The notes: generated by a model from the sequence alone, not told the origin. Positions 40,137-50,978 are shown, counted from the first letter of the stretch. The stretch: 64,000 nt of DNA from an uncultured bacterium (GCA_903893315.1 CAITLU010000046.1:32187-96186), one strand, 5' to 3'. Made by a program: numbers and translations.

Positions 40137-42020
40137 ATGATCAAGGGTTATGCGGGGCGAATCCTGGAAGTGGACCTGAAGAGCCGGACGTTCGCGTTCA
40201 AGCCGTTGGATGAGGAGATCGCCAGGCTCTACATCGGCGGCAAAGGCTACGGCACGCGCCTGCTCTACGACATGACCGACGCCGGCATCGATCCTCTCGG
40301 CCCGGACAATCCGCTCATCTTCGCAACCGGACCTCTCAACGGCAGCGTGGCGCCGCAGTCGAACCGCTTCGCGGTGGTATGCAAGAGCCCGCTCACCGGC
40401 GGAATCGGCAACGCGACCTGCGGAGGATCCTACGCCTACGGGATGAAGAAGGCCGGGATCGACATCCTCATCTGCAAGAACAAGTCGGAGACACCGGTGA
40501 GGCTGGAGATCGACGGCGACAAGAGCGAGGTCACGTTCCTCGACGCCGGCGACTTGTGGGGCAAGGGAACCTACGAGACCCAGGAAATACTCGGCAAGAA
40601 GAAGTACCACGCAGTGATCGGCCCCGCCGGCGAGAACATGGTGTTGTTCGCCGGCATAGTCTCCGACGAGCGCATCGCAGGCCGCACCGGCGTCGGCGCC
40701 GTCATGGGCTCGAAGAAGCTCAAAGCCGTCAGCGTCAGCGGTTCGCGCAAGCTGGAGATGGACGACCCCGAGGCGTTCAAGGAATACACGAAGACGATCC
40801 GCACGCTGTTCCGCGACCATCCGGTGCTCGGTCACAGCATGGAGGCCTTCGGCACCGCAGGCATCGTCAAGACCACCAACGCCCGCAACATCATCCCCAC
40901 CCACAATTTCAAGTACGGACATTTCGACAAGGGCATGTCCCTGACCGGCGAGTACATGGCCGACAACACGCTGGTCGGCACCAAGAGCAGTTGCATCCAC
41001 TGCCCTGTCACCTGCGGACGTCAGGTGAATATCGAAGGCATCGGTACCGTGAAGGGGCCGGAATACGAGACGCTCGGGTTGATGGGCACCAACCTGGAAA
41101 TCTCCGACATCACCAAAGTCCAGGAGTGGAACTACGCTGCCGATGACATGGGGATGGACACGATCAGTCTCGGCGCGGTTCTCGGATTCACGATGGAACT
41201 GCAGGAGCGCGGCATGCTGCAGTCTGGGCTCACCTTCGGCGATGCCGCCGGAGTGCCCGAAATAATCCGTGACATCGCCCACCGCCACGGTCTCGGCAAC
41301 GATCTGGCCGACGGCGTCAAACGCATGAGCGCCAAATACGGCGGCCACGAATTCGCGATGCACGTCAAAGGTCTGGAACTGTCGGCCTACGATCCACGCG
41401 GGTCTTTCGCGCAGGGCGTCGAGTACGCAACCACGAACCGCGGGGGCTGCCACGTCCAGGGCGGAAGCATGTACATGGAGAGCGTCGGGCCGTTCACCAT
41501 CAACCCGCAGAATCTCAAACTGAAAGCCGACATCCCTATCGTTCAGCAGAACCTGGCCTGTACCATCAACTCGATGGTCTTGTGCATCTTCACCACCTAC
41601 GGCATCGTCCCGAAGTTCGTCCACGAGATGGACCCGAAATCGTGGCAGTACCGTCTGGCGGTCGCCGCGTTCGAGAACAGCGGTCCGATGTTCCGGATCC
41701 TGCAGAGCATCAAGGGCAGACCCATGCTGTGGTGGGAGAAGTGGATGACTTTCATCACCGGCACCACCATTTCTTCGGGGCACCTGCAGGAAATCGGCGG
41801 CCGCATCTTCAACCTGGAGCGCATGTACAATCTGCGCGAGGGCTTGACCGGGAGGGACGACACGTTGCCTCCGCGAATGCTCCACGAGCCCATCTTCAAA
41901 CACATGTCGAGCGGCCACCCGCTCGACAAACTCCTGCCTCGTTACTACGAACTTCGCGGATGGGACGCCGGTGGAGTACCGACACGCAAGACTCTCGACA
42001 AACTGCATGTCGCGCTCTGA
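40137..42020 (+). CDS. aor: Tungsten-containing aldehyde:ferredoxin oxidoreductase
   Basis: Motifs YIGGKG, KSPLTG, IGPAGEN, GRTGVGAVMGSKKLKA, CIHCPVTC, GPEYET, DDMGMDTIS, AYDPRG, RGGCH, YYELRGWD. Confidence 0.93.
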   Translation: MIKGYAGRILEVDLKSRTFAFKPLDEEIARLYIGGKGYGTRLLYDMTDAGIDPLGPDNPLIFATGPLNGSVAPQSNRFAVVCKSPLTGGIGNATCGGSYAYGMKKAGIDILICKNKSETPVRLEIDGDKSEVTFLDAGDLWGKGTYETQEILGKKKYHAVIGPAGENMVLFAGIVSDERIAGRTGVGAVMGSKKLKAVSVSGSRKLEMDDPEAFKEYTKTIRTLFRDHPVLGHSMEAFGTAGIVKTTNARNIIPTHNFKYGHFDKGMSLTGEYMADNTLVGTKSSCIHCPVTCGRQVNIEGIGTVKGPEYETLGLMGTNLEISDITKVQEWNYAADDMGMDTISLGAVLGFTMELQERGMLQSGLTFGDAAGVPEIIRDIAHRHGLGNDLADGVKRMSAKYGGHEFAMHVKGLELSAYDPRGSFAQGVEYATTNRGGCHVQGGSMYMESVGPFTINPQNLKLKADIPIVQQNLACTINSMVLCIFTTYGIVPKFVHEMDPKSWQYRLAVAAFENSGPMFRILQSIKGRPMLWWEKWMTFITGTTISSGHLQEIGGRIFNLERMYNLREGLTGRDDTLPPRMLHEPIFKHMSSGHPLDKLLPRYYELRGWDAGGVPTRKTLDKLHVAL

Positions 42021-42050
42021 CGCAGGAGCCGTGCAAAGGAGGTTCGTCAG

Positions 42051-42311
42051 ATGCGCGTAAGTGTAGAACCCACGTATGAAATGACGAAGTTGTTGAAGAT
42101 TGACCGTTTCGAGGTCGAGATCGCCGACGCCGCTACGGTCGCCGACGTCGTCGACAAGACCAAGATCAAGGTGGGACCCGAATTCGACAGGCTGGTGCGC
42201 CTGGCCGCCGTCGCCGTCAACGGCGTACTCGTCAACTACCGGCAGGGGATGAAGACCAGATTGGCCGACGGCGACGCGATCCGATTCGTCAAGGCCTCCG
42301 CCGGCGGCTGA
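42051..42311 (+). CDS. MoaD/ThiS family sulfur carrier
   Basis: 86 aa with AVNG and C-terminal GG; GGAGG RBS; directly after aor. Confidence 0.88.
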   Translation: MRVSVEPTYEMTKLLKIDRFEVEIADAATVADVVDKTKIKVGPEFDRLVRLAAVAVNGVLVNYRQGMKTRLADGDAIRFVKASAGG

Positions 42312-42984
42312 CCGCGGGGCCTGTCCGTCAGCCGGTTGTCTAGGGCCCGAGGAGTACGGGAATTCGCCGATTCAGCGCTCGAGGATCCCGCATGGGAACG
42401 CCTGGCTACCCGCACTGAGGATCGCTTCAGCCGATGTCAGAGGCCAGGTCGTCGTGGCCTCGGGTTCGACACCTGCCTGGCAGAGTACATCCTGAGGATG
42501 GAGTACTTTTCGGCGCATGCATTACGACGTGATCGTCTTCAATGGTCCGGGGCAGGTCGAGGTTCCGATCACCCACGCGGTGAGCGTGACCCATCATTGG
42601 AAAGAGCCGGTCGGCGTCTCGCTCGGCGGCTGCCTCGCCATGCTGGCGGCTGCGTTTGATACGCGCATCCAGCGCGTCGGGACTCGCGCTGCTTGCGAGC
42701 GTGCTTCGTAACAGAGGCACGGCCGCAGCGTGATTGCCTCTCGCGCCGCCCAGTCTTGCCGCTCGTCGCCGGTCCGTGCCGGCGGTTAACTTCGGGAGCC
42801 GTTTCCAGTACGGTCGCCGCTCGTCTCATTGCGCGCCAAGCCCCTGGGCAGTCGCCGCGGATCCTCACCCGAAGCCTGCAGATCGAGTCGGCTCCAAGTC
42901 CCGGCTTCGGGCCGGACGGTTGCCGAGGCCCGGCGCCGGGGCAGACCGGAAACGAGCCGATTCACAGTCGACAGGAGTCTCGTC

Positions 42985-45561
42985 ATGCTGGAAGCATATC
43001 GGAAACACGTTGAAGAACGCGCCGCCATCGGCGTCGTTCCCCTTCCCCTGGACGCCTCGCAGGTTGCCGAGCTCGTCAAGCTGCTCCAAGCGCCTCCCGC
43101 TGGTGAAGAGGCCTTCCTGCTCGAGTTGCTCAGCGACCGAGTTCCGGCTGGCGTGGACACCGCCGCTCAGGTGAAGGCCGAGTTTCTGGCCCGGGTCGCC
43201 GGCGGCCAGACGAGTTCTCACCTGCTCTCAAAGAAGCGGGCGGTCGAACTGCTGGGCACGATGCTGGGCGGTTACAACGTCGCGCCGTTGGTGCGGCTTC
43301 TAGACGACTCCGAGCTGGGCGAGACTGCCGCCAAGCAACTCTCCCAGACCTTGCTCGTCGCCGATACTTTCGACGAGGTACTGGCGAAGTCGAAAGCGGG
43401 AAACGCCAACGCCAAGCGGGTCGTGGACTCCTGGGCGGAAGCGCAGTGGTTCACCAGCCGCAGGGCGCTGCCGCAGAAGCTCACGGTGACCATTTTCAAG
43501 GTCGTGGGCGAAACCAACACGGACGATCTCTCGCCGGCTCCCGACGCCTGGTCGCGCCCCGACATCCCGCTGCACGCCCAGGCGATGCTGAAGATTCCTC
43601 GCGAGGGAATCGAAAACACGCTCGAGCAGATCCGCGAGCTCGGTAAGAAAGGGTATCCCATGGCCTACGTCGGTGACGTCGTCGGTACGGGGTCTTCCCG
43701 CAAGTCGGCCACCAACTCGGTGCTGTGGCACTTCGGCGACGACATCCCACACATCCCCAACAAGCGCGGCGGCGGCGTGTGCATCGGCGGAAAGATCGCG
43801 CCGATCTTCTTCAACACGATGGAAGACTCAGGTGCTCTGCCTTTCGAGTGCGACGTCACGGCCATGCGCATGGGCGACGTGATCGACATCTACCCCTACG
43901 AAGGCGTAGCCAAGCGCCACGACACCGGTGAACTCATCGCCAAGTTCACGCTGAAGACCGACGTGCTCCTCGACGAGGTTCAGGCCGGCGGACGCATTCC
44001 GCTCATCGTCGGCCGCAACCTCACCGACAGGACTCGGCAGGCACTGGGCCTCGCCCCATCCACTGTATTCCGACGGCCGGTGACGCCGCCTGACAGCGGC
44101 AAGGGGTTCTCGCTCGCGCAGAAGGTCGTCGGCCGCGCCTGCGGCACGGCCGGGGTTCGTCCCGGCGCCTACTGCGAACCGCGCATCTCCACCGTGGGAT
44201 CGCAGGACACCACCGGCCCGATGACGCGCGACGAGCTCAAGGAACTGGCTTGTCTCGGCTTCTCTGCCGACTTGGTGATGCAGAGCTTCTGTCACACGGC
44301 GGCCTATCCCAAGCCGGTGGACGTGGCCACGCACGAGACGCTGCCCGGGTTCATCATGGAACGCGGCGGCGTGGCGCTGCGTCCGGGCGACGGGATCATT
44401 CACTCCTGGCTCAACCGCATGCTGCTTCCGGATCAAGTCGGCACCGGCGGAGACTCCCACACACGATTCCCGATCGGCATATCCTTTCCCGCCGGCTCGG
44501 GACTGGTGGCGTTCGCTGCGGCGCTCGGAATGATGCCGCTGGACATGCCCGAGTCGGTGCTGGTGCGCTTCAAAGGGAAATTGCAGCCCGGCATCACCTT
44601 GCGAGATCTCGTCAACGCGATCCCGCTGGCCGCCATTCGCTCCGGTGACCTGACGGTGGCGAAGGAGGGCAAGAAGAACATTTTCTCCGGACGCATCCTC
44701 GAGATCGAAGGGTTGCCCGATCTCACCGTCGAGCAGGCCTTCGAACTTTCCGACGCCTCGGCGGAGCGTTCCGCCGCCGGTTGCTCGATCCGCCTCGGCA
44801 AAGAATCGGTGAAGGAGTACCTCCGCTCCAACATCGTCATGCTGCGCTGGATGATCTCAGAGGGCTACGGTGACGCCCGTACGCTGGAGCGCCGAGCGCG
44901 AGCGATGGAAGACTGGATCGCCGACCCGCAGCTGCTCGAGCCGGACGCCGATGCCGAGTACGCCAAGGTGTTCGAGATCGACCTTGCCGAGGTGACCGAG
45001 CCGATCCTTGCCTGTCCGAACGATCCGGACGACGTGAAGGTGCTCTCCGACGTGGCCGGTGTGAAGATCGACGAAGTCTTCATCGGATCCTGCATGACCA
45101 ACATCGGACACTTCCGTGCTGCCGCTCGGCTGCTTGAGAAAGCGAAGGGACAGATCCCGACGCGCCTGTGGATGTCGCCGCCGACCAAGATGGACCAGGA
45201 ACAGCTCGTCAGAGAAGGGCTTTACAGCATCTACGGAAAGGCCGGCGCACGCATGGAGATGCCGGGGTGCTCGCTGTGCATGGGCAACCAGGCGCGCGTG
45301 GCGTCCGGTATCACGGCGGTGTCGACGTCGACCCGCAATTTCCCCAACCGCCTCGGCGACGGCGCCAAAGTGTATCTGTCCTCGGCGGAACTGGCGGCGA
45401 TCATCGCCATTGAAGGAAAGATTCCGACCGTAGCGGAATACATGAAGTACTCCGCCGAGCTCGACAAGATCGCTGCCGACGTCTACCGCTATCTCGCCTT
45501 CGATCGCAGCGAACGGTACGTCGCGGCCGCGGCCAAGGCGAAGTCGGCGGCAGCCGCGTAG
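42985..45561 (+). CDS. acnB: Aconitate hydratase B
   Basis: Motifs [58 protein letters not shown]. Confidence 0.97.
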   Translation: MLEAYRKHVEERAAIGVVPLPLDASQVAELVKLLQAPPAGEEAFLLELLSDRVPAGVDTAAQVKAEFLARVAGGQTSSHLLSKKRAVELLGTMLGGYNVAPLVRLLDDSELGETAAKQLSQTLLVADTFDEVLAKSKAGNANAKRVVDSWAEAQWFTSRRALPQKLTVTIFKVVGETNTDDLSPAPDAWSRPDIPLHAQAMLKIPREGIENTLEQIRELGKKGYPMAYVGDVVGTGSSRKSATNSVLWHFGDDIPHIPNKRGGGVCIGGKIAPIFFNTMEDSGALPFECDVTAMRMGDVIDIYPYEGVAKRHDTGELIAKFTLKTDVLLDEVQAGGRIPLIVGRNLTDRTRQALGLAPSTVFRRPVTPPDSGKGFSLAQKVVGRACGTAGVRPGAYCEPRISTVGSQDTTGPMTRDELKELACLGFSADLVMQSFCHTAAYPKPVDVATHETLPGFIMERGGVALRPGDGIIHSWLNRMLLPDQVGTGGDSHTRFPIGISFPAGSGLVAFAAALGMMPLDMPESVLVRFKGKLQPGITLRDLVNAIPLAAIRSGDLTVAKEGKKNIFSGRILEIEGLPDLTVEQAFELSDASAERSAAGCSIRLGKESVKEYLRSNIVMLRWMISEGYGDARTLERRARAMEDWIADPQLLEPDADAEYAKVFEIDLAEVTEPILACPNDPDDVKVLSDVAGVKIDEVFIGSCMTNIGHFRAAARLLEKAKGQIPTRLWMSPPTKMDQEQLVREGLYSIYGKAGARMEMPGCSLCMGNQARVASGITAVSTSTRNFPNRLGDGAKVYLSSAELAAIIAIEGKIPTVAEYMKYSAELDKIAADVYRYLAFDRSERYVAAAAKAKSAAAA

Positions 45562-45563
45562 CG

Positions 45564-45594
45564 GCCCGCCCGCCGGTGAAACGAGCGGGCGGGC
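45564..45594 (+). terminator. GC-rich hairpin after acnB (possible terminator, weak U-tract)
   Basis: 10-bp stem gcccgcccgc / gcgggcgggc immediately after the stop. Confidence 0.4.
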
Positions 45595-45714
45595 TCGTTC
45601 TCGTCCGCGTCTTTTGTTCGGCAGTGTTTCGGGGTGGCCGCTCGCCGTCGCCGCCGCGAGTCGGCGGCGCTGTTTTTTGCCGGTCAGCACGCAGCGTGCT
45701 AGATGCTCCACCCT

Positions 45715-46551
45715 ATGGTTGCATATCTTCTCCGTCTTGCCGTCGCGGCGTTCGTCATCCTCGGAACCGTCCCATCTACTTCGAGCGCGCAGACGCACTT
45801 GCGTCTGGGGACCACGACCAGCACGCAGGACTCCGGCCTCCTCGAATACCTGCTCCCCGGCTTCGAACACGAATGCGGATGCCGCGTGGACGTGATCGCC
45901 GTGGGGACCGGCGAAGCCCTGCGCCTGGGTGCCAACGGCGACGTCGACGTGGTGCTGGTACACGACCCGGACAAGGAAGAAGCGTTCATGCGCGATGGCC
46001 ACGGCCTGACGCGAAGCCCGGTAATGTCGAACGACTTCGTCATCGCCGGCCCCCACTCCGATCCGGCGGGAGTGCGCACGGCGCAGGGATTGGAAGCGGC
46101 GCTGCGCGCGATTGCGGACAAGTCGGCGCCTTTCGTCAGCCGCGGCGACGAATCCGGAACCCACGCCAAGGAACGCAAACTCTGGGCCGCAGCCGGCATC
46201 AAGCCGCAAGGATCCTGGTATCGCGAGTCGGGACAGGGAATGGGAGCCACGCTTCAAATGGCCGGCCAGATGCAAGGCTACGTCTTGAGCGACCGTGGCA
46301 CCTTCCTGGCAATGCGTGAGCGCGTGGAACTGGAAATCCTCCTGCAAGGAGATCCGCGGCTGCTCAACCCGTACAGCGTGATGCCGGTGCGCGTGGAGAA
46401 GGGAGCCTCCGCCCAGCGCGAGTTGGCCGAGTCGTTCGTCGCCTGGTTGCTGAGCGCGCCGGTCCAGAAGCGCATCGGCGAATACGTCAAGGACGGGCAG
46501 GCGCTCTTCAAACCGAATGCGCCAGCCACGCCGCCGCCCAAGACCCCGTGA
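45715..46551 (+). CDS. tupA: Tungstate ABC transporter substrate-binding protein
   Basis: Signal peptide; TTTS signature (GTTTSTQDSGLL), FVSRGDESGTH, GQGMGATL, LSDRGT. Confidence 0.92.
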   Translation: MVAYLLRLAVAAFVILGTVPSTSSAQTHLRLGTTTSTQDSGLLEYLLPGFEHECGCRVDVIAVGTGEALRLGANGDVDVVLVHDPDKEEAFMRDGHGLTRSPVMSNDFVIAGPHSDPAGVRTAQGLEAALRAIADKSAPFVSRGDESGTHAKERKLWAAAGIKPQGSWYRESGQGMGATLQMAGQMQGYVLSDRGTFLAMRERVELEILLQGDPRLLNPYSVMPVRVEKGASAQRELAESFVAWLLSAPVQKRIGEYVKDGQALFKPNAPATPPPKTP

Positions 46552-47204
46552 ATCAGTTCTTCGGAGTCGAAACACTCGCGATCTGCGTCACGAGCCTGAA
46601 GACCTCGTCGGTAGCGATTGTCGCAGCCTCACTGCTGGGAGTCCCGGTCGCGCTGTGGGCCTCCAATAACTATTTTGCCGGCCGCGGCGCGTTGGTGACG
46701 GTCTTCAACACCTTGACGGCCCTGCCCTCGGTTTTCGTCGGCGTGCTGCTGTACTCGCTGCTCTCGCGTTCGGGTCCGCTCGGATCCCTGGAACTTCTGT
46801 ACACGTGGCCGGCGATGAGCATGGGGCAGACCTTGCTCGCTCTCCCGCTGATAGTGTCGCTCACGCTCGCGGCCCTGAGCCGCACCGACCCGCGCCTGCG
46901 CAAGGAACTCATCGCGCTGGGCATACCCGCGTGGCGCACCGGTTGGATCCTGGTCAAGGAAGCGCGCTTCGGCGTACTCGCCGCAGTGGTCGCGGCATTC
47001 GGACGCGTTTTCACCGAGGTCGGCTCTGCGTTGATGCTGGGTGGTAACATCCGTCACTCCACTCGCACCATCACCACCTCGATTGCGATGGAGACTTCGA
47101 AAGGAAACTTCGAATTCGGCCTGGGCCTCGGCTTTCTGCTGCTTGCGGTCGCACTCGCCATCAACATCGGATTCCACAGCCTGCAGGAGACCCGCGCGCG
47201 GTGA
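46548..47204 (+). CDS. tupB: Tungstate ABC transporter permease
   Basis: Motifs LSRSGPLG, FGRVFTEVG, GGNIR, TTSIAMETSKG. Confidence 0.92.
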   Translation: MNQFFGVETLAICVTSLKTSSVAIVAASLLGVPVALWASNNYFAGRGALVTVFNTLTALPSVFVGVLLYSLLSRSGPLGSLELLYTWPAMSMGQTLLALPLIVSLTLAALSRTDPRLRKELIALGIPAWRTGWILVKEARFGVLAAVVAAFGRVFTEVGSALMLGGNIRHSTRTITTSIAMETSKGNFEFGLGLGFLLLAVALAINIGFHSLQETRAR

Positions 47205-47905
47205 TCTACCGCGCACAAAGGCTGCTCCACAGGTACAACGGCCGCGTGGCGCTCCAGGTGCACGACCTCGCGATTCCTCAGGGAAGTCGCTTCGCGGTCG
47301 TAGGTCCCAACGGCTGCGGCAAGACCACGCTGATGGAGATTCTCGTCGGCCTGCTGGCACCGAGTGAAGGGGAATTGTTCTTCTACGATCGCCCGCTGCA
47401 TTTACCTCTCGACAAGGATCAGCGAAGCCGGGTGGCCTACGTGGCACAGCAACCGTTCGCACTCCCAGGCTCGGTGATCGACAACGTCGTGCTGGCTCTC
47501 GGCCGCGGCCGCTCGCGTGCGCAGAACCGGCGAATCGCGTTCGGCTGGTTGGAACTGCTGGGCATCGAAGCGCTGGCCGACAGGTCGGAGCGCACACTCA
47601 GCGTCGGGCAGTTGCGGCTTGCGACCCTGGCCCGGGCCGCGGCCCGCGACGCACCGCTGCTGGTTCTTGACGAACCGTTCGCGTTCGTCGACGAGACTTT
47701 CGAAGCGATCGTGCAGCGCGTGCTCGAGCGTCACCACAGTGCGGGCGGCACCATCGTCATGACCAACCCGAGGCGCAGCGCACTGGCGAACTGGGCGACC
47801 GAAGTCCTCGAACTCGGGGCGGCAGCTCCGGCCAACTCACCGCAAGCGCCGGCCGAACAGATTCCCGATCGCGCAGTTGCTCCAATGTCGCAACCGTCCC
47901 GGTGA
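47201..47905 (+). CDS. tupC: ABC transporter ATP-binding subunit of the tungstate transporter
   Basis: Walker A GPNGCGKTT, LSVGQ, Walker B LVLDEP; translationally coupled to tupB. Confidence 0.85.
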   Translation: MIYRAQRLLHRYNGRVALQVHDLAIPQGSRFAVVGPNGCGKTTLMEILVGLLAPSEGELFFYDRPLHLPLDKDQRSRVAYVAQQPFALPGSVIDNVVLALGRGRSRAQNRRIAFGWLELLGIEALADRSERTLSVGQLRLATLARAAARDAPLLVLDEPFAFVDETFEAIVQRVLERHHSAGGTIVMTNPRRSALANWATEVLELGAAAPANSPQAPAEQIPDRAVAPMSQPSR

Positions 47906-47942
47906 AATTCACGCGCCGTATCTTTCGGCGCAGGATCGAAGA

Positions 47943-48179
47943 TTATTTGTCGTCGCCGGGCACTGAGGGTGCCGCAGCCGCCTGTTCGGCCGGGTCCGTC
48001 ACGACGTCTTCGGACTCTGCGCCCTCGTCGACCGTCGCGTCAGTCGGGTCGCCGTCCACTGAGTCGCCATCGACCGGGTCGCCATCGGTTCCGGCCTTGC
48101 GCAGACGCTTCTCTTCTTTCTTGGCCTTCTTGGCCAGATCTCTTTGTCGCTTCGCAAAGGCGTAGTTTGGTTTTGCCAT
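47943..48179 (-). CDS. Small hypothetical protein (basic N-terminus, acidic tail)
   Basis: AAAGGAG RBS; MAKPNYAFAKRQRDLAKKAKKEEK resembles a recalled family of small conserved proteobacterial proteins. Confidence 0.7.
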   Translation of the reverse strand: MAKPNYAFAKRQRDLAKKAKKEEKRLRKAGTDGDPVDGDSVDGDPTDATVDEGAESEDVVTDPAEQAAAAPSVPGDDK

Positions 48180-48369
48180 CTGCTGTCTCCTTTAACTGGT
48201 TCGACGAGAAAAGAAACGAAGAGACAACACCTTTTCCTCACTTCCGACGCTTCGGGCGGACCGCCGGCACAGAAACCTCCCGGCACGGACCGCCTGTGGG
48301 ACGGCGCGGTGACGCTCGTGGGGCTCCATTTACGTCAAACAGGCCAAGCCGGCGCGTCGCAGTCGCACC

Positions 48370-48930
48370 TCACTTTTTCTTGTCGTGGCGCCAATCCCAG
48401 GGCGCTTCGAAGCTTCCTTCCCAAGCGCCGCGTCGGGCCGCACGAGCCTCGTCTTCATCGTTGATGTAGTCGCGGCTGTAGTGACGGTAGGCGAGCGCAA
48501 GACCGGCCTTCACCAGTTCGGCGCCGACGTCGAAGTCTGCGACCCTGCACACCGCCACTACGCGCCCGTAGAGATCGACCGTGCGCTTCTGGCAGGACAC
48601 CATGTCCTGGCCGACGAGATTGCCGAGCATCGCCTTGGCGTCCTGGCCGCAAGGAAAGTGGGTTCCGTCCGCGCGCTTGCACAGTTGGTCCCTCTCGAAA
48701 GCATCGACACCGTAGAGACGCACGCGCACTTTGCCGAAGTCTAGGCTGTCGCCGTCGATGATGACCGGTCGGCCCCGAATCGAATCAGGAAGGTCGGAAG
48801 AACCGGCGGTAGCTGGGAATTGCCGCTGGTCGGAACCCGACCAGCGGCCGATAGCGAAGGCGGCAACGGCCGCCGCAGCCAGCAGCACGACGCGCCCAAG
48901 AGGAGTGCGCGCAAAACCCGGGCGCTTCAT
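48370..48930 (-). CDS. Thermonuclease (SNase-like) family protein
   Basis: Motifs IIDGDSL, VRLYGVDAFE, DLYGRVVAVC, EARAARRGAW; N-terminal transmembrane helix. Confidence 0.9.
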   Translation of the reverse strand: MKRPGFARTPLGRVVLLAAAAVAAFAIGRWSGSDQRQFPATAGSSDLPDSIRGRPVIIDGDSLDFGKVRVRLYGVDAFERDQLCKRADGTHFPCGQDAKAMLGNLVGQDMVSCQKRTVDLYGRVVAVCRVADFDVGAELVKAGLALAYRHYSRDYINDEDEARAARRGAWEGSFEAPWDWRHDKKK

Positions 48931-49061
48931 GCGATACGGAATGCCTTGCAATGGTGCCTCGCTCCGCCTCTATCCAGGCGCCGGATTCGGTTGAAGCCTG
49001 AGCCGTCAGTAGTGATCACCCGGCGGTCGCGCCATCGCCCCGTCGGGCCTTCATCGGCTCT

Positions 49062-50978
49062 TCAGTCCTCCAGAGTGGAGATGTCGCCGACCTCCTGTCC
49101 GAGTTCCCGGGCCTTGAGCAGACGACGCATGATCTTGCCCGAACGGGTCTTGGGAAGCGAAGCGACGAACGTGACCTTCGAGGGCTGGGCGATCGGTCCC
49201 AGGGTATCGCGAACGTGGACGATCAGCGCGGCCTCGAGATCTTCGGCGACGCGGCCCACAGGTTCGCTGCCTTTGGCGACGACGAAAGCCACGATGCACT
49301 CGCCCTTGAGAGCGTCGGGCAGGCCGACGACGGCGGATTCGACCACCGCAGGATGCGTCAGCAGAGCGCTCTCCACCTCTGCCGTGCCGATGCGATGTCC
49401 AGCGACGTTGAGCACATCGTCGGAGCGCCCGAGCACCGCGATGTAACCTTCGGCGTCGCGCACGGCGATATCACCGGTCACATAGCCACCCAGCATCCTG
49501 CTCCAATACGCGAGGTATCGCGCCGGATCTCCCCAGATCGTACGCATCATGTAAGGCACCGGCTTCTTCATCACCAGCAGGCCGCCCTTGCCGTCGGGAA
49601 CCGCCGCGCCCTCGGGCGTTACGATGTCGAGTTCGACACCCGGCATCGGCTTGCCGGCAAAACCAGGTCTGGCGGTCATCGCGGGGAAGGTTCCGATCAT
49701 CGGCGAAGCAATTTCGGTCTGCCAGTAATTATCGACCACCGCCGCACCGTGTTTTCCCAGGTGACGGGCTGCCCACTCCTGAGCCTCGGGGTTGAAAGGC
49801 TCACCGGCGCAGTAGAGCACTCGCAGCGAAGTGATGTCGTGCTTTTCGACGGGCTCGGGACCCGCACGCATGAACATGCGCACCGCGGTCGGCGCCGTGA
49901 ACATCGTGCTGACGCGGTACTTGGCGATGAGGCTCCACACCACGCCGGCGTCGGGCCAGTCCGGCGCGCCTTCGCGCACGACCTGGGTGCAGCCGGCCAG
50001 CATCGGGCCGTAGCAGATGTAGGAGTGACCGACGATCCAGCCGATGTCGGAAGTGGACCACCACACGTCGTTCTCCCGCGTGTCGTAGTAGTGCCGCATC
50101 AAGAGGTGCACGCCGACCGCGTAGCCGCCGTGGACGTGTACCACGCCCTTGGGCTTTCCCGAGGTACCCGAGGTGTACAGGATGAAGGCGGGGTCCTCGG
50201 CGTCGGTGACTACCGCCGAACATTGCGGAGACTGGCGCCGCACGCACTGCTCGAAGTCGCTCTGGCGCTGTCCCAGAGGCCGAACCGCTTCCCGCCGGTG
50301 CACCAGCACGTTTTCGACGAAACCCAGGCCTTGCACCGCGCGCTCCACGATTGAGAGCAGGTCGATAACTTTGCCGCGCCGGTAGGTCGCATCAGCACAG
50401 ATCACCATGCGAGCACCAGCGTCTTCGATTCTCTGGCGAAGCGCATCGGGACCGATACCGGCGTAGACCACCGAGTGGATGGCGCCGATGCGGGCACAGG
50501 CCTGCATCGTGAAGATCCCCTGCGGCGTCAGCGGCATGTAGACGACGACGCGATCGCCCTTGGTGATGCCGAAGGACTTGAGGCAATTGGCGACGCGCGA
50601 AACTTCGTGCAGCACCTCGGAGTAGGTGAAGCTGCGCGCGGCGCCATTTTCCGATTCGAAGTGCAGCGCGACGCGCTCGCCGAGACCGCGCTCTATGTTT
50701 CTCTCCAGGCAGTTGTGGGAAAGATTGATCTTGCCGCCGATGAACCAGCGATGTCCGGCGCCCTGATCCGGGCCGTGGATCTCGCTTACCTGCGACCAGG
50801 GAGCGAACCAGTCGAGTTCGCGCGCCGCCGCATCCCAGAATGCGTGGGGATCCGCCGCCCACGAACGGTGCCACGCGTCGTAGTCGGCAACGAAGGCGCC
50901 GCTGCGCACGCGCGCAGACGGCTCCAGACGAGTTTCGAGTCTGGCGAGGGCTTCGACTGCGCTTGCGGAAACTGACAC
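49062..50978 (-). CDS. acs: Acetate--CoA ligase (acetyl-/propionyl-CoA synthetase)
   Basis: Motifs YTSGTSGKPKG, SDIGWIVGHSY, DNYWQTE, GRSDDVLNVAGHR, LPKTRSGKIMRR. Confidence 0.92.
   Translation of the reverse strand: MSVSASAVEALARLETRLEPSARVRSGAFVADYDAWHRSWAADPHAFWDAAARELDWFAPWSQVSEIHGPDQGAGHRWFIGGKINLSHNCLERNIERGLGERVALHFESENGAARSFTYSEVLHEVSRVANCLKSFGITKGDRVVVYMPLTPQGIFTMQACARIGAIHSVVYAGIGPDALRQRIEDAGARMVICADATYRRGKVIDLLSIVERAVQGLGFVENVLVHRREAVRPLGQRQSDFEQCVRRQSPQCSAVVTDAEDPAFILYTSGTSGKPKGVVHVHGGYAVGVHLLMRHYYDTRENDVWWSTSDIGWIVGHSYICYGPMLAGCTQVVREGAPDWPDAGVVWSLIAKYRVSTMFTAPTAVRMFMRAGPEPVEKHDITSLRVLYCAGEPFNPEAQEWAARHLGKHGAAVVDNYWQTEIASPMIGTFPAMTARPGFAGKPMPGVELDIVTPEGAAVPDGKGGLLVMKKPVPYMMRTIWGDPARYLAYWSRMLGGYVTGDIAVRDAEGYIAVLGRSDDVLNVAGHRIGTAEVESALLTHPAVVESAVVGLPDALKGECIVAFVVAKGSEPVGRVAEDLEAALIVHVRDTLGPIAQPSKVTFVASLPKTRSGKIMRRLLKARELGQEVGDISTLED

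Noticed and set aside
42443..42481. T-loop-like GGTTCGAC flanked by gccagg/cctggc, suggesting a tRNA fragment
   Set aside because: No D or anticodon arm, weak T-stem and no CCA; probably chance.
48370..48930. Nuclease as part of a defence system
   Set aside because: Ordinary membrane-anchored SNase-like protein with no defence-type neighbours.
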